From the NCBI GenBank assembly GCA_963716745.1, contig OY970320.1:1888001-1952000 (forward strand): a DNA stretch of 64,000 nt. Reading direction: 5' to 3'. The notes under the pieces are model-generated. The model was not told the DNA's origin. It saw only the letters and a program-made list of their open reading frames with translations, and did no database searches. Below are positions 10,706 through 21,534 of the stretch, piece after piece; position 1 is the stretch's first letter; each line of letters begins with the position of its first letter. The position numbers were made by a program, and so were the translations under genes. The DNA is from an uncultured Gemmatimonadaceae bacterium (GTDB lineage: Bacteria > Gemmatimonadota > Gemmatimonadetes > Gemmatimonadales > Gemmatimonadaceae).

Positions 10706-11236
10706 ATGCTCTACGTGACGCTCGGCTTTCTGCTCGCGGGGCTCGTCGCCGGCGTCATCAGCATGGTCGGAGGCATCGATCAGCGCGAGCGATACAGCGT
10801 TCGCGTCCGGTACCTGAATCTGCCGATCTTCGCCGCATTCGCGACGGTGTTCGGCGTGGTCGGATACCCATTGTTCCGCTATACCGCGCTCAACCCCGCG
10901 GCGATCCTCGCGATCGCCGCGGCGAGCGCGTGTGCGGCGGCAGCCGGCATGGTCGGCGTCATCGCAGGGTGGGCCGTGCCGAGCGCGTCACGCGAGGTGA
11001 AGGATCCGCGCTACGATCTGCAAGGACATTTCGCGCGCGTGACGAGAGCCGTGGATCGCGGCACCGGGGAGATCGAGTACACCGCGGGTGACGTGGTGCG
11101 CCGCGCCGAGGCGCGGAGCCTCGATGGCGGCATGATCGACGCGGGAGTGGAGGTCGTGATCGAGCGCATCGAGGATGGCATCGCGCATGTGGAGCGCTGG
11201 AGCACCATCGCGGAACAGCTCGAGCTGCCGTCGTAG
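10706..11236 (+). CDS. NfeD-like membrane protein with C-terminal OB fold
   Basis: Three hydrophobic segments followed by GEIEY...ARS...VVIERIEDGIAHVE. Confidence 0.75.
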   Translation: MLYVTLGFLLAGLVAGVISMVGGIDQRERYSVRVRYLNLPIFAAFATVFGVVGYPLFRYTALNPAAILAIAAASACAAAAGMVGVIAGWAVPSASREVKDPRYDLQGHFARVTRAVDRGTGEIEYTAGDVVRRAEARSLDGGMIDAGVEVVIERIEDGIAHVERWSTIAEQLELPS

Positions 11237-11257
11237 CGCGGGCACTCGGGCAGTCGT

Positions 11258-11542
11258 TCAGCCGCCCTGCGCGAAGAGCGAAAGCCAGCCCGGCCAATTC
11301 CCCGATAGCTCGAAGAATTCTTCGAAATAGACGAGTCCGGCCTTTTCGAGCGCGCTCACGAGCAGTTCCAAATTCGCATCGTCAAAGATCGGTCCGATCG
11401 CGATGATCCCGCCTTCGACCCGGAACTCGTCGGGCGTGAGATTGAAGAGTTCGTCGATCGCGGCACGCGTGAGGCCGGAACGCTCCCAGGCCTCGCGTCG
11501 AACGAGTATTGTCGGCGTGTCGTGGTGGATGTCGAGTGCCAT
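11258..11542 (-). CDS. Hypothetical protein (94 aa)
   Basis: Clean ORF with protein-like composition and a GGAG RBS, divergent from mnmG. Confidence 0.65.
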   Translation of the reverse strand: MALDIHHDTPTILVRREAWERSGLTRAAIDELFNLTPDEFRVEGGIIAIGPIFDDANLELLVSALEKAGLVYFEEFFELSGNWPGWLSLFAQGG

Positions 11543-11623
11543 GGCTCCAGTTTGCCGAGCGCGCGGGCGATTGTCCACCCGATGCCCTTTCGCTGAGAGC
11601 GCCGTCGGGGGCATTCTTCGAGA

Positions 11624-13565
11624 ATGTCCGATTCCCTGCCCCGTGACGTCGAGTTGACCGCCGATGTGATCGTGGTCGGCGGAGGCCATGCCGGCACCGA
11701 GGCGGCGACGGCCGCCGCCCGCTTGGGTGCTCGCGTGGTGCTGGTGACCGCGGCGCTCGAGACGATCGGGCAGATGTCGTGTAATCCGGCGATCGGTGGC
11801 ATCGCCAAGGGGACCGTTGCCCGAGAGATCAATGCGCTGGGCGGCCTGATGTCACGCGCCACCGATCTGGCGGCGTTGCAGTTCCGAATGCTGAATCGAA
11901 GCAAGGGCCCCGCGGTGTGGGCGCCGCGAGCACAGTGCGATCGAGGATTGTATCGGCGCGCTGTACGATCGCTCCTGGAGCAGCACGCGCGCGTGCACAC
12001 CGTGCAAGCGACCGTCGCGCGCTTGATCATCGACGAGCGCGGCAATCAGGTGCTGGGCATCGAAACGCTGGAGGGGCGGCGGTTCGGCGCGCGAGCGGTG
12101 ATCCTGACGACCGGCACCTTCCTTCGCGGGCGGATCCATATTGGGACCGACACTCAAGTGCCCGGAGGAAGAGCGGGCGACGCGCCCTCGACGCACCTGG
12201 CCGAACAGCTTGACGACATCGGCATCACGCACGCGCGATTCAAGACCGGTACGCCGCCGCGCATCGACGGACGTTCGGCCGATCTTGCCAAGCTCCAAGT
12301 CCAGCCGAGCGAGATAGAGGAGTTCGACTATTCCTGGTCGCATTTCTGGCCGGATGCGCGTCGTGCTGAGGGCCGAACGCGCCATCCCGAGCAGATGCGC
12401 TGCTGGATCACATTCGCCGGCGCGGAGGTGAAGCAGATCGTCTCGGAGAACCTGCATCGTTCCGCGATGTATGGTGGCGCGATCGCCGGCCGGGGTCCGC
12501 GCTACTGCCCCAGCGTCGAGGACAAGATCGTCAAGTTCCCCGACGTTGCGCGCCATCAGTTGTTCCTCGAGCCGGAGGGGCACGACACGAGTGAGTTGTA
12601 TGTGAACGGTCTATCCACTTCCCTGCCCGCGGACGTGCAGATCGACATGCTCCGCGCGGTGCCGGGATTGGAGCGCGTTCAGATGACGCGCGCCGGGTAT
12701 GCCATCGAGTACGACTATTGCGATCCGACGCAGCTCGATGCGACGCTCGCCGTGAAGGCGATACGTGGTCTGTATTTCGCAGGACAGATCAATGGGACGA
12801 CGGGCTATGAGGAGGCGGCAGGGCAGGGTGTGGTGGCCGGCCTGAACGCGGCGCTGATGGTGCAGGGACGCGCGCCGCTCGTCTTCGGACGCGAGACATC
12901 GTACATCGGCGTATTGGTGGACGATCTCGTCATGCGCGGCGTGGATGAGCCGTACCGTTTGTTCACGTCCCGCTCCGAGTTCCGTCTGACCGTGCGACAG
13001 GACAACGCGCTGGCACGACTGGCGCCGGTGGCGCGTGAGTTGGATCTCTACACCGACGGCGAGGAGCGCCTGGTGGCGCGGCGGCTCGCGGAGGCCGACG
13101 CGGTGCGCGACGAAGCGGCGCAGCGAAGCATCACGCCGGAGCAGGCGGCGCCACTCCTCGAAGCGCTCGGCAGTACACCGCTGCCGCACGCGATGCGCGT
13201 GAGAGAAGTGGCGCGCCGGCAACACATCTCCCTGAGCGCGGTATTCGCGGCAGCGGGGCTCGAGCGCGAATTCACCTCGGATGCGATCGCAAGCGTCGAA
13301 CTCGAACTCAAATACGCGGGGTTCTTCGAGCGAGAGCGCGTACTCGCGGATCGTATGAGGCGATTGGGCGATCTCGCGCTCGCGCCGGATCTCCCCTATG
13401 GAGGAGATGCAATCGCTCGCGATCGAGGCACGCCAGAAACTGGCGCAGGTGCGCCCACGCACGCTGGCGCAGGCCGGCCGGATCTCAGGAGTGAGCGCGA
13501 GCGATCTGCAGAATCTTGCGCTCGAGGTGACGCGCGGTCGTCGCACGCTCGGCGCGGATATTTAG
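11624..13565 (+). CDS. mnmG: tRNA uridine 5-carboxymethylaminomethyl modification enzyme (frameshift near 13400)
   Basis: GGGHAG, SCNPAIGG, GPRYCPSVEDK and GQINGTTGYEEAA motifs. The shifted frame gives EARQKLAQVRPRTLAQAGRISGVS. Confidence 0.95.
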
Positions 13566-13825
13566 TAGCATTTCGCTCCTAAAATTGCAATCTTCTAGAC
13601 TTAGCCAGCGCGCGCGATCCTCGCTCGCGTTCCACTGAATCTTCGTTCAGCGGTGCGTCTTCACGCGCGACATGAACACTTGAGGCGGATATCCTGGAAG
13701 TATGCACACACTCAATACCGATAAAGTGCCAATATTGGCTCATTAATGTCGTGTTAATGTTGCTATATAAGCCTGGATGATGCCATGATTGTGGATTTTG
13801 TCAATGAATGTGCAGTTCGGATGTG

Positions 13826-13841
13826 TGTTTCACGTGAAACA
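13826..13841. promoter_or_regulatory. parS: parS centromere site
   Basis: Perfect consensus palindrome TGTTTCACGTGAAACA, about 110 bp upstream of parA. Confidence 0.95.
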
Positions 13842-13950
13842 TTGGCGGTGGCTACCGGGCTATTATGCCGCATTTTCTAGCTACCTGAAGAGCACGCACC
13901 TATATTGCCCCCTTCGTCGGCCTGGTCGGCGCACACTTCTCCGGAGCAAC

Positions 13951-14784
13951 GTGCCCAGAGTCATCGCGATAGCGAACCAGAAGGGCGGGGTGGGAAAGAC
14001 GACCACTGCAGTCAATCTCGCGGCTAGCCTCGCCGCCGCGGAACAACGCACGCTGTTGATCGACGGAGACCCTCAGGGGAATGCGACGAGCGGCATCGGT
14101 CTGGAAGGGGAGAGGGTCCAGCTCACGGTCTACGACGCGTTGATCGGCCAAGTGCCGCTCGAGAAGATCATCCTGCGATCCATTCAGTTCGCACACCTCG
14201 ATGTCGCGCCTGCAACGCCGGATCTCGCGGGCGCCGAGATCGAACTCGTCGACAGACCTCGCCGCGAACTCGCGATGCGCGAGGCCATCGCCCCAGTACT
14301 CGACCGCTATGACTATGTGCTCATCGACTGTCCCCCATCGCTCGGCTTGATCACAGTCAACATGCTCGCGGCCGCCGATGCGATTCTCATTCCTCTGCAG
14401 TGCGAATACTATGCGCTCGAGGGACTGTCGCAGCTCCTGAATACGGTCCACATGATGCAGCGCAGCGTGAATCCGACGCTCAATATCGATGGCGTGGTGC
14501 TCACGATGTACGATGCGCGATTGAATCTCTCGCGGCAGGTTGCCGCGGACGCGCGTGAATATTTTGGCGCGAAGGTATTCGAGACGATGGTGCCGAGGAA
14601 CGTCAGGCTTGCCGAGGCGCCGAGCTTCGGTAAGCCGATCATCCTGTATGACGTCGCTTCGGTCGGTGCGCAGGCCTACATGGGCATCGCGCGAGAATTG
14701 TTGCGCCGCCATGCTCAGCCCCAATCGACGCAATTAGATGAGCGCCCGCGCCCCGAGCCTGTCGTAAGCGAGTCGCGCGTTTGA
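13951..14784 (+). CDS. parA: Chromosome partitioning ATPase ParA/Soj
   Basis: NQKGGVGKTTT, DCPPSLG, QCEYYALEG and LAEAPSFG motifs. Confidence 0.95.
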   Translation: MPRVIAIANQKGGVGKTTTAVNLAASLAAAEQRTLLIDGDPQGNATSGIGLEGERVQLTVYDALIGQVPLEKIILRSIQFAHLDVAPATPDLAGAEIELVDRPRRELAMREAIAPVLDRYDYVLIDCPPSLGLITVNMLAAADAILIPLQCEYYALEGLSQLLNTVHMMQRSVNPTLNIDGVVLTMYDARLNLSRQVAADAREYFGAKVFETMVPRNVRLAEAPSFGKPIILYDVASVGAQAYMGIARELLRRHAQPQSTQLDERPRPEPVVSESRV

Positions 14785-14841
14785 GCGCGCATCCCACGAT
14801 CATCAATGGCCGCCGGCTTACTTTCGTTGAGGGCCGATAAG

Positions 14842-15753
14842 ATGACTCCTGAAAAGCCGCGAAGGCTTGGCCGCGGACTCGAAGCGTTGCTCTCGGGTCA
14901 TGCCGCGACCGCGGAAATCGCGCCCGAAGAGCGCAGCGCGCTTCGAAATCTACCGATCGCACGGATCAGGCCGAATCCATACCAGCCGCGAAAGGAATTC
15001 GACGCGGACGAGCTCGCGGAACTGCAAGCAAGTTTGCGGGAGAACGGACTGCTGAACCCGATCGCGGTTCGTTCCGCGCCAACCGGCGACGGATTCGAGT
15101 TGATAGCAGGGGAGCGGCGCCTGCGCGCCGCCGCCGCGCTGGGCTGGGCGGAGATCCCGGCCGTCGTCAAGGAGATCGACGACCGCGCGTTGCTCACTCT
15201 CGCGCTCGTCGAGAATCTTCAGCGGGCCGATCTCAATCCCATCGAAGAGGCGGAAGGCTATCGTCACTTGATGCGTGACTTCTCGCTGACCCAGGCCGAG
15301 GTCGCCGAAGTCACAGGAAAAGACCGTTCGACAGTAGCTAACATATTGCGGTTATTGCAGTTACCAGCATCTGTCCAGAAATTGGTTCATGCGAAACAAC
15401 TGACGCTGGGCCACGCGCGCGCATTGCTTGCGCTCGACGACGAGCGAAGGATCATCGCTCTCGCGCACGAGGTCATCGCGCAGGGACTCTCGGTGCGCGA
15501 TGTCGAGCGCCGAGTCCGCGACGGCGACAGCACCGCGCAGCGCGCGATCAAGAAGGGTTCGCCGAAACGCGAACAGCGCGCCGACATCGCCGTGAAGCAA
15601 ACGCAGGAGGAGTTGCGGCGATTCTTCCAGACCGATGTGCACGTGAGCGAGAGTTCAGCCGGTCGCGGAAAGATCGAGATCTCCTACTACTCGATGGAGG
15701 ATCTGGATCGGCTGATCGATCTGATCCTCGGCGCGAGGCGTATCGCGCTATGA
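14842..15753 (+). CDS. parB: Chromosome partitioning protein ParB/Spo0J
   Basis: LGRGLEAL, QPRK, GERRLRA, ENLQRADL motifs and an HTH. Confidence 0.95.
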   Translation: MTPEKPRRLGRGLEALLSGHAATAEIAPEERSALRNLPIARIRPNPYQPRKEFDADELAELQASLRENGLLNPIAVRSAPTGDGFELIAGERRLRAAAALGWAEIPAVVKEIDDRALLTLALVENLQRADLNPIEEAEGYRHLMRDFSLTQAEVAEVTGKDRSTVANILRLLQLPASVQKLVHAKQLTLGHARALLALDDERRIIALAHEVIAQGLSVRDVERRVRDGDSTAQRAIKKGSPKREQRADIAVKQTQEELRRFFQTDVHVSESSAGRGKIEISYYSMEDLDRLIDLILGARRIAL

Positions 15754-16553
15754 CCGAGCAGGACGAGGAGAAGGAGAAGGACGGGGGCCAGCGCGGCTAC
15801 GGCAACATCTATACGCCGCACGCAGGCGCGATGATCATCCACGTGCAGCGCGAGAGCGGTCTCGCGAACCGCATGATCATCTTGAGCGTGCGGCAAGTTC
15901 AGATGCTGCGCATCGGTGCGGTGCTCGCCGTGATCATGGTATTGCTCGGGGTAGGGAGCTGGCTCTATTTCGCGGGGAAGGCCGTGCAGGTGCAGGTGCT
16001 CACCCGTCGTCTCTCGGCGCTCGAGCACGATGCGCAACAGCTCGACACACTGAAGCGCGCGCTCGCCGAGGCGGAAGGGCGTTATCAGCAGGTGCAGAAG
16101 ATGATGGGAGCATCAGGGACCACCGCGCCGGCGACGTCGGGCGCGACAGACAGTGCCGGCTTGCCGAACGCGTGGCCGTTGCCCATCGCGGGGCAGCTGA
16201 TCGAGCCGACGAACGCGGAGGCGAAGCCCGTGGGCATCGAGATCGCGGTGCCTCGCGGCACACCGGTCAGTGCCGCGGGCGCAGGTTCAGTCGTCGAGAT
16301 ACGTGACGACGCGCAGTATGGGCGCGTCGTGCGAATACGGCACCGGCTTGGGTACGAGAGTCTCTACGGCAATTTGCTTCAGGTTCGCGTTCGCAACGGC
16401 GACCAGGTCGCTGCGGGAATGATCATCGCAATCTCCGGTGACAGCTCAGGTACGCTCCCCGCGCACCTGCATTTCGAAATCGTTCGCGACGGTACACAAG
16501 TCAATCCCGCCGCGATCGTGACCAAGGGACCAGCGCATGGCGATCTTCAGTAA
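15750..16553 (+). CDS. Membrane-anchored coiled-coil M23/LytM-domain protein (apparently degenerate active site)
   Basis: TM helix, coiled coil, WP...GIEIA...GTPV...HLHFE. Confidence 0.85.
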   Translation: MTEQDEEKEKDGGQRGYGNIYTPHAGAMIIHVQRESGLANRMIILSVRQVQMLRIGAVLAVIMVLLGVGSWLYFAGKAVQVQVLTRRLSALEHDAQQLDTLKRALAEAEGRYQQVQKMMGASGTTAPATSGATDSAGLPNAWPLPIAGQLIEPTNAEAKPVGIEIAVPRGTPVSAAGAGSVVEIRDDAQYGRVVRIRHRLGYESLYGNLLQVRVRNGDQVAAGMIIAISGDSSGTLPAHLHFEIVRDGTQVNPAAIVTKGPAHGDLQ

Positions 16554-16974
16554 GGAAAGCTCAGCACCGGACCAGACTCGCTCCGGGCCGCTCTCCGCCG
16601 GCACCTCTCTCTCGATCATCGCGGCCGGCACCACGATCGACGGCGACATCGACACCAATGGTGTGATCCGCATCGAAGGCAGGGTCGAAGGCGCGGTGCG
16701 CGCCGGCCGGCAGGTTCTCATCGGACGCCAGGGCGAGGTGCGCGGCGATGTGAGCACGCGTGAAGCCGTGATCGGAGGGAAGGTGCAGGGCGCCGTCACC
16801 GCATCGGAGCGGTTGGAGGTGCAGGGCACTTCCACGATCATCGGCAACATCACAACGAAGTCGATCGCCGTGATCGAGGGTGGGAAGATCAATGGCAATG
16901 TTCGGATCGTCGACGCGCGTGAAGGTGCGGTCGGCCAAACCGGATCGCCTGCATCGGTGGCGGTCGTGCGCTAG
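16537..16974 (+). CDS. Bactofilin (polymer-forming cytoskeletal protein)
   Basis: MAIFSK N-terminus and beta-helix repeats IDGDI...IEGRVEG...VRGDV...IEGGKING. Confidence 0.92.
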   Translation: MAIFSKESSAPDQTRSGPLSAGTSLSIIAAGTTIDGDIDTNGVIRIEGRVEGAVRAGRQVLIGRQGEVRGDVSTREAVIGGKVQGAVTASERLEVQGTSTIIGNITTKSIAVIEGGKINGNVRIVDAREGAVGQTGSPASVAVVR

Positions 16975-17083
16975 CCATCGCTCGCCGCTCACGCTCGCCG
17001 CCAAGGCGGCCGTCCCGCTTGCGCAGGATGGCCGCCTTTCAACATTCTCCACACTCATCCACCTAACGAGAACGTGAGGCGCC

Positions 17084-18118
17084 ATGTCCAGGATGCGGCG
17101 TAAGTTCCGCACCATCTCCACAGCGACGCACACGCTGATGTGCATCGTTGTGTTGGCATGTCGCTCCAATGCGCGGCCGCCGTCGGCCGGAAAGGGCGAT
17201 TTTCGCGTGGCGCTTCTGACGCCCGGACCCATCTCGGATCACGCTTGGAATGGCGGGGCGTATGAAGGTCTCCTGCGCATTCATGACAGTCTCGGCGCGC
17301 AGATCAGTCATATCCAGACGGCATCGCCGGCGGATTTCGAGGAGAACTTCCGCCAGTACGGATCGCAGGGTTACTCGCTCGTGTTCGGACACGGCTTCGA
17401 ATTCCAGGATGCCGCATCGCGCGTGGGGCCGGACTTCCCGCACACGGTGTACATCACGACTTCGGGAAATCAGGTTCGGGCGAACGTCGCACCGATCGTA
17501 TTCGGATTCGAGGAGCCCTCCTATCTCGCTGGAGTCCTGGCGGCGAAGATCACGAAGAAAAAATTGATCGGCGCCATCGGTGGCACCGAGTTGCCGCCGG
17601 TGCGCAGCAGCTTCCTCGCGTTCGAAGCGGGCGTCCATTCCGTGGATCCGTCGATCCAGGTCCTCACGTCGTACGTGGGAAGTTGGGAAGACGCGAGCAC
17701 GGCCAAGGAACAGGCGCTCGCGCTCATCCACCGCGGCGTGGACGTGATCTTCCAGAATGCCGACGCGGCGGGTCTCGGGATATTCCAGGCGGCCCGCGAA
17801 TCGAAGGGGGTGTACGTGTTCGGCGCCAACGCCAACCAGAACGACGTGGCGCCCGATGTCATCATCGCGAGCGTGGTGATCGACCTGCCGCACGCATTCC
17901 TGCTCGTGGCGCGCAGCGTGAAGGATGGGACGTTCAAAGCTGGCGTGCTGAGGCTGGGTGAGAGCGAGAAGGTGGTGGCGCTCGTGCTCAATCCGAAACT
18001 CGCCGGGGCGATCACGCCGGCCGCGCGTGCGGCGGTCGATTCGGCTCAGGCCGGGATCGCGAGCGGCCGGATCAAGCCGCCGCATCTCGAGTTCGTGGAC
18101 ACCACGGTGGCTCACTGA
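17084..18118 (+). CDS. BMP-family ABC substrate-binding lipoprotein (nucleoside type)
   Basis: Lipobox VLAC, GPISDHAWN, GHGFEF, GVDVIF. Confidence 0.9.
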   Translation: MSRMRRKFRTISTATHTLMCIVVLACRSNARPPSAGKGDFRVALLTPGPISDHAWNGGAYEGLLRIHDSLGAQISHIQTASPADFEENFRQYGSQGYSLVFGHGFEFQDAASRVGPDFPHTVYITTSGNQVRANVAPIVFGFEEPSYLAGVLAAKITKKKLIGAIGGTELPPVRSSFLAFEAGVHSVDPSIQVLTSYVGSWEDASTAKEQALALIHRGVDVIFQNADAAGLGIFQAARESKGVYVFGANANQNDVAPDVIIASVVIDLPHAFLLVARSVKDGTFKAGVLRLGESEKVVALVLNPKLAGAITPAARAAVDSAQAGIASGRIKPPHLEFVDTTVAH

Positions 18119-18119
18119 A

Positions 18120-18893
18120 ATGGCCGCCCTGCACGAGATCGCGGAATTCCTTGACACCATCTTGCACACCGCGACGACTCCGGACTCCTCCGGTGCGGTG
18201 AACGGGATCCAGGTCGAGACCGACGCGGACATTCGCCGCATCGCGGCGGCGGTCGATGCGCGTGAGCGCACCATCGAGATGGCGCGCGCAGCAGGCGCGC
18301 AGCTGCTCATCGTGCATCACGGGCTCTTCTGGGGCGGCGTGCAGCCGCTCCGTGGTCCATTCTTCCGGCGCATGCGCGCGCTGCTCCGCGAACGGATCGG
18401 CGTGTACTCGTCGCATCTGCCGCTCGATGCGCATCCCGATTTCGGGAACAATGCCCTGCTCGCGCGCGCACTCGGGCTCGAGCCCTCGGAGAAGTTCGCG
18501 CGCTACGAGACGATCGATATCGGTGTCGCGGGACGCTGTGATCTGCCGACCAGCGAACTCGTGCGCCGCGCCACAGAATTCGCGGCGAGGTACGCGACGG
18601 TCGTTCGCACGGCCGGGATATCCAGCGGCCGGACCACCCGGCACTGGGCGATCTGTTCCGGCGCAGGCGCGGGAAGTGACACGCTGCAGGAGTGCGCCGC
18701 GCGCGAGATCGACACGCTCATCGTCGGTGAAGGACCACACCACAGCGCGGTGGACGCCGACGAGCTCGGCATCGCGGTCGTTTACGCCGGCCACTACGCC
18801 ACCGAGGTGCTCGGCGTGCGCGCCATCGCGGAACATGCCGCCGCGCATTTCGGACTGGAGTGGTCCTTCCTGGACGCGCCCACCGGATTGTGA
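18120..18893 (+). CDS. Nif3/DUF34-family dinuclear metal protein
   Basis: NGIQV, HHG, HLPLDAH and GHYATE motifs. Confidence 0.92.
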   Translation: MAALHEIAEFLDTILHTATTPDSSGAVNGIQVETDADIRRIAAAVDARERTIEMARAAGAQLLIVHHGLFWGGVQPLRGPFFRRMRALLRERIGVYSSHLPLDAHPDFGNNALLARALGLEPSEKFARYETIDIGVAGRCDLPTSELVRRATEFAARYATVVRTAGISSGRTTRHWAICSGAGAGSDTLQECAAREIDTLIVGEGPHHSAVDADELGIAVVYAGHYATEVLGVRAIAEHAAAHFGLEWSFLDAPTGL

Positions 18894-20323
18894 GCAATGC
18901 GTCGGCGCTGACGCTCGAGCGGATCGCGAAGCGATTCGGCGAGGTGCAGGCGCTCGACGACGCGTCGCTCGCGGTGCGGCCCGGATCGCTCCATGCGTTG
19001 CTCGGCGAGAATGGCGCGGGCAAGACCACTCTGATGCGGATCGCGTTCGGCCTGATCCGGCCCGACGCCGGCAGCATCGCCGTGGATGGTCGCGCCCTCG
19101 TTCCGCGTTCCCCTCTCGATTCGATCGCGCGCGGCATCGGCATGGTGCACCAACATTTCACGATCGTACCCGCGATGACCGTGGCGGAGAACGTCGCGCT
19201 CGGCGGCAGCGGCCGATATCGCCGTGCCAATGCCGCAGCGACCGTCCGCCGGATCGGCGAGGAGACCGGGCTCGTTCTCGACCCCGACGCGATGGCGCGC
19301 GATCTGCCCGTTGGCGCACAGCAGCGGCTCGAGATCGTGAAGGCACTGGCGCGCGGCGCGCGCTTGCTCGTGCTCGATGAGCCGACGGCGGTCCTCGCGC
19401 CGGTGGAAGCGGCGGAGTTGCTGCGTGTGCTGCGCAAGTTCACAGCCGGTGGAGGCTCGGTGGTGCTCATCACGCACAAGCTGCGCGAGGCGCTCGAGGC
19501 AGCCGACGCGATCACGGTGCTGCGAAGGGGCCACAGCGTATGGACCGGCCGGCCCGCCGAGACCGACGAACGCGCTCTCGCGCGACTCACCGTCGGCGAG
19601 CTCGTGGATGCCGGCGCCCGCGCTCGAGCGACACCCGGTGCGATCGTACTCGCCGCACGCGATGTGCGAGCGCGCGATGCGCGAGGCGCCGTCAGTCTGC
19701 GCGGTGTTTCGCTCGAGGTGCGGGGCGGCGAGGTGCTTGGACTCGCCGGCGTGGAGGGTGCGGGGCAGCACGAGCTGCTCCGCATACTCGCGGGGAGACG
19801 TGTGGCCGATGCCGGCCAGGTGGAGCGCCCCGGTGCTGTCGGCTTCATTCCGGAGGACCGGCAGCGTGACGCGCTCGTCATGGATTTCTCATTGATGGAG
19901 AATGTCGCGCTGCGCGGAGCCGGCGTGGCGCGGGGCGTCATGCCGTGGCGCGCCATCCGGGACCGCACCACGCAGCTTTGCGAGCGCTTCAATGTGCGAC
20001 CCGCGCGCGCCGCGGCGATCGCGCGCGAACTTTCGGGCGGGAATCAGCAGCGGTTGGTACTCGCGCGCGAACTCGCGGACGAGCCAGCCGCCATCGTGGC
20101 GGAGAATCCAACGCGCGGGCTGGATGTCGCCGCCACGGCCGCAATGCATCGGCACCTGCTCGACCGGCGCGATGCCGGCGCGGCGGTGGTGATGTATTCG
20201 AGCGATCTGGATGAAGTACTCGAACTCGCGGACCGCGTGATCGTGCTCCACGCCGGGACCGCGCGAGAAGTCCCGCTGGACCGGGCGGCGATCGCGCTCA
20301 GCATGCTCGGAGGCACCGCGTGA
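18890..20323 (+). CDS. ABC ATP-binding protein with two NBDs (sugar/nucleoside type)
   Basis: GENGAGKTT, LDEPT, LSGGNQQ and PTRGLDV motifs. Confidence 0.92.
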   Translation: MSNASALTLERIAKRFGEVQALDDASLAVRPGSLHALLGENGAGKTTLMRIAFGLIRPDAGSIAVDGRALVPRSPLDSIARGIGMVHQHFTIVPAMTVAENVALGGSGRYRRANAAATVRRIGEETGLVLDPDAMARDLPVGAQQRLEIVKALARGARLLVLDEPTAVLAPVEAAELLRVLRKFTAGGGSVVLITHKLREALEAADAITVLRRGHSVWTGRPAETDERALARLTVGELVDAGARARATPGAIVLAARDVRARDARGAVSLRGVSLEVRGGEVLGLAGVEGAGQHELLRILAGRRVADAGQVERPGAVGFIPEDRQRDALVMDFSLMENVALRGAGVARGVMPWRAIRDRTTQLCERFNVRPARAAAIARELSGGNQQRLVLARELADEPAAIVAENPTRGLDVAATAAMHRHLLDRRDAGAAVVMYSSDLDEVLELADRVIVLHAGTAREVPLDRAAIALSMLGGTA

Positions 20324-21534
20324 CCGCGCGCCCACCGCTCGCTGCCCGGCAACTCGCAGTGACATCCGCCGCCGTCGTACTCGGACTCGCGCCGTGGTTC
20401 AGCACGACCGCAGTCGCGCCGGCAATGGTCGCGGAGTGGGGACTGTCCGGCGCCACAACGGCATGGCTCACAATGGCGGTCCAGCTTGGGTTCGTCGCCG
20501 GGACGCTCTTGAGTGCCGCCGCGATGTTGAGCGACCGCTGGAGTGCGCGGCGTCTCGCCGCATGGAGCTCGGCGCTGGCCGCGGCGAGCACAGGGGCGAT
20601 CGCGTGCTGCGTGCATTCGTCTGGCGCGGCCATCGTCTGGCGCGTGATCACCGGCATCGCGCTCGCGGGCGTCTACCCGCCAGCGATGAAGATCGTGGCG
20701 GGATGGTGGCGCGAAGGGCGGGGACTCGCTGTCGGCGTGCTCGTCGGCGCGCTCTCGATCGGGTCGGCGACTCCGCATCTGCTGCGCGTCCTGGTTCCGC
20801 AGGACGAATGGCGCACGGTGTTGTTCGCCGCCGCTGCGTCGGCACTCGTCGCCGCAGTGGTGTTCGCTTTGGCAGTGCGGTCCGGACCGTATGAGGCCCC
20901 ATCGTCGCCGCTCGATCGGGCCGCCTTCGCGCGCATCGTCCGGGACCGCGGCGTGATACTCTCGACGGCCGGTTATCTCGGGCACATGTGGGAGCTCTAT
21001 GCGATGTGGAGCTGGATCGCAGCGTTCTGGGCCGCGATCGCGATCGCGCGCGGTTTCTCGCCCGCGCTCCCCGCCCTCATCGCGTTCGCTACGCTCGCCG
21101 CCGGCGCGGCAGGATGCGTCGCAGGCGGATGGGTCGCGGACCGGAGTGGGCGCACGGCGCTCACGATCGGCGCGATGGCGATTAGCGGGATCTGCGCGCT
21201 CGTCATCGGACCGTCCGCGGGTGCGCCGTTCAGCGTGCTCCTCGTGATCACGCTCGTATGGGGCGCGAGCGTGATCGCCGATTCCGCGCAATTCTCCACG
21301 TGCATCACGGAACTGGTGCCACCTGAGTACACGGGCACGGCACTCACGCTCCAGACGTCGCTCGGTTTCTTGCTCACGATCATGAGCATCCGGCTGGTGC
21401 CGCTCTGGGTCGCGCAGTGGGGATGGACGTACGCGTTCATGCCGCTTGCGATCGGACCCGCGCTCGGTTGTGTCGCGATGTGGCGGCTTCGCGGACTTCC
21501 CGAAGCGCAGCGACTCGCTTCGGGACGGCGATGA
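20320..21534 (+). CDS. MFS transporter
   Basis: About 12 TM segments; SDRWSARR, ADRSGR, GHMWELY and DSAQFS motifs. Confidence 0.9.
   Translation: MTARPPLAARQLAVTSAAVVLGLAPWFSTTAVAPAMVAEWGLSGATTAWLTMAVQLGFVAGTLLSAAAMLSDRWSARRLAAWSSALAAASTGAIACCVHSSGAAIVWRVITGIALAGVYPPAMKIVAGWWREGRGLAVGVLVGALSIGSATPHLLRVLVPQDEWRTVLFAAAASALVAAVVFALAVRSGPYEAPSSPLDRAAFARIVRDRGVILSTAGYLGHMWELYAMWSWIAAFWAAIAIARGFSPALPALIAFATLAAGAAGCVAGGWVADRSGRTALTIGAMAISGICALVIGPSAGAPFSVLLVITLVWGASVIADSAQFSTCITELVPPEYTGTALTLQTSLGFLLTIMSIRLVPLWVAQWGWTYAFMPLAIGPALGCVAMWRLRGLPEAQRLASGRR

Noticed and set aside
13743..13757. CtrA box TTAA-N7-TTAA
   Set aside because: CtrA is alphaproteobacterial and the gene content does not suggest that class. 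Kept only as an unnamed palindrome.
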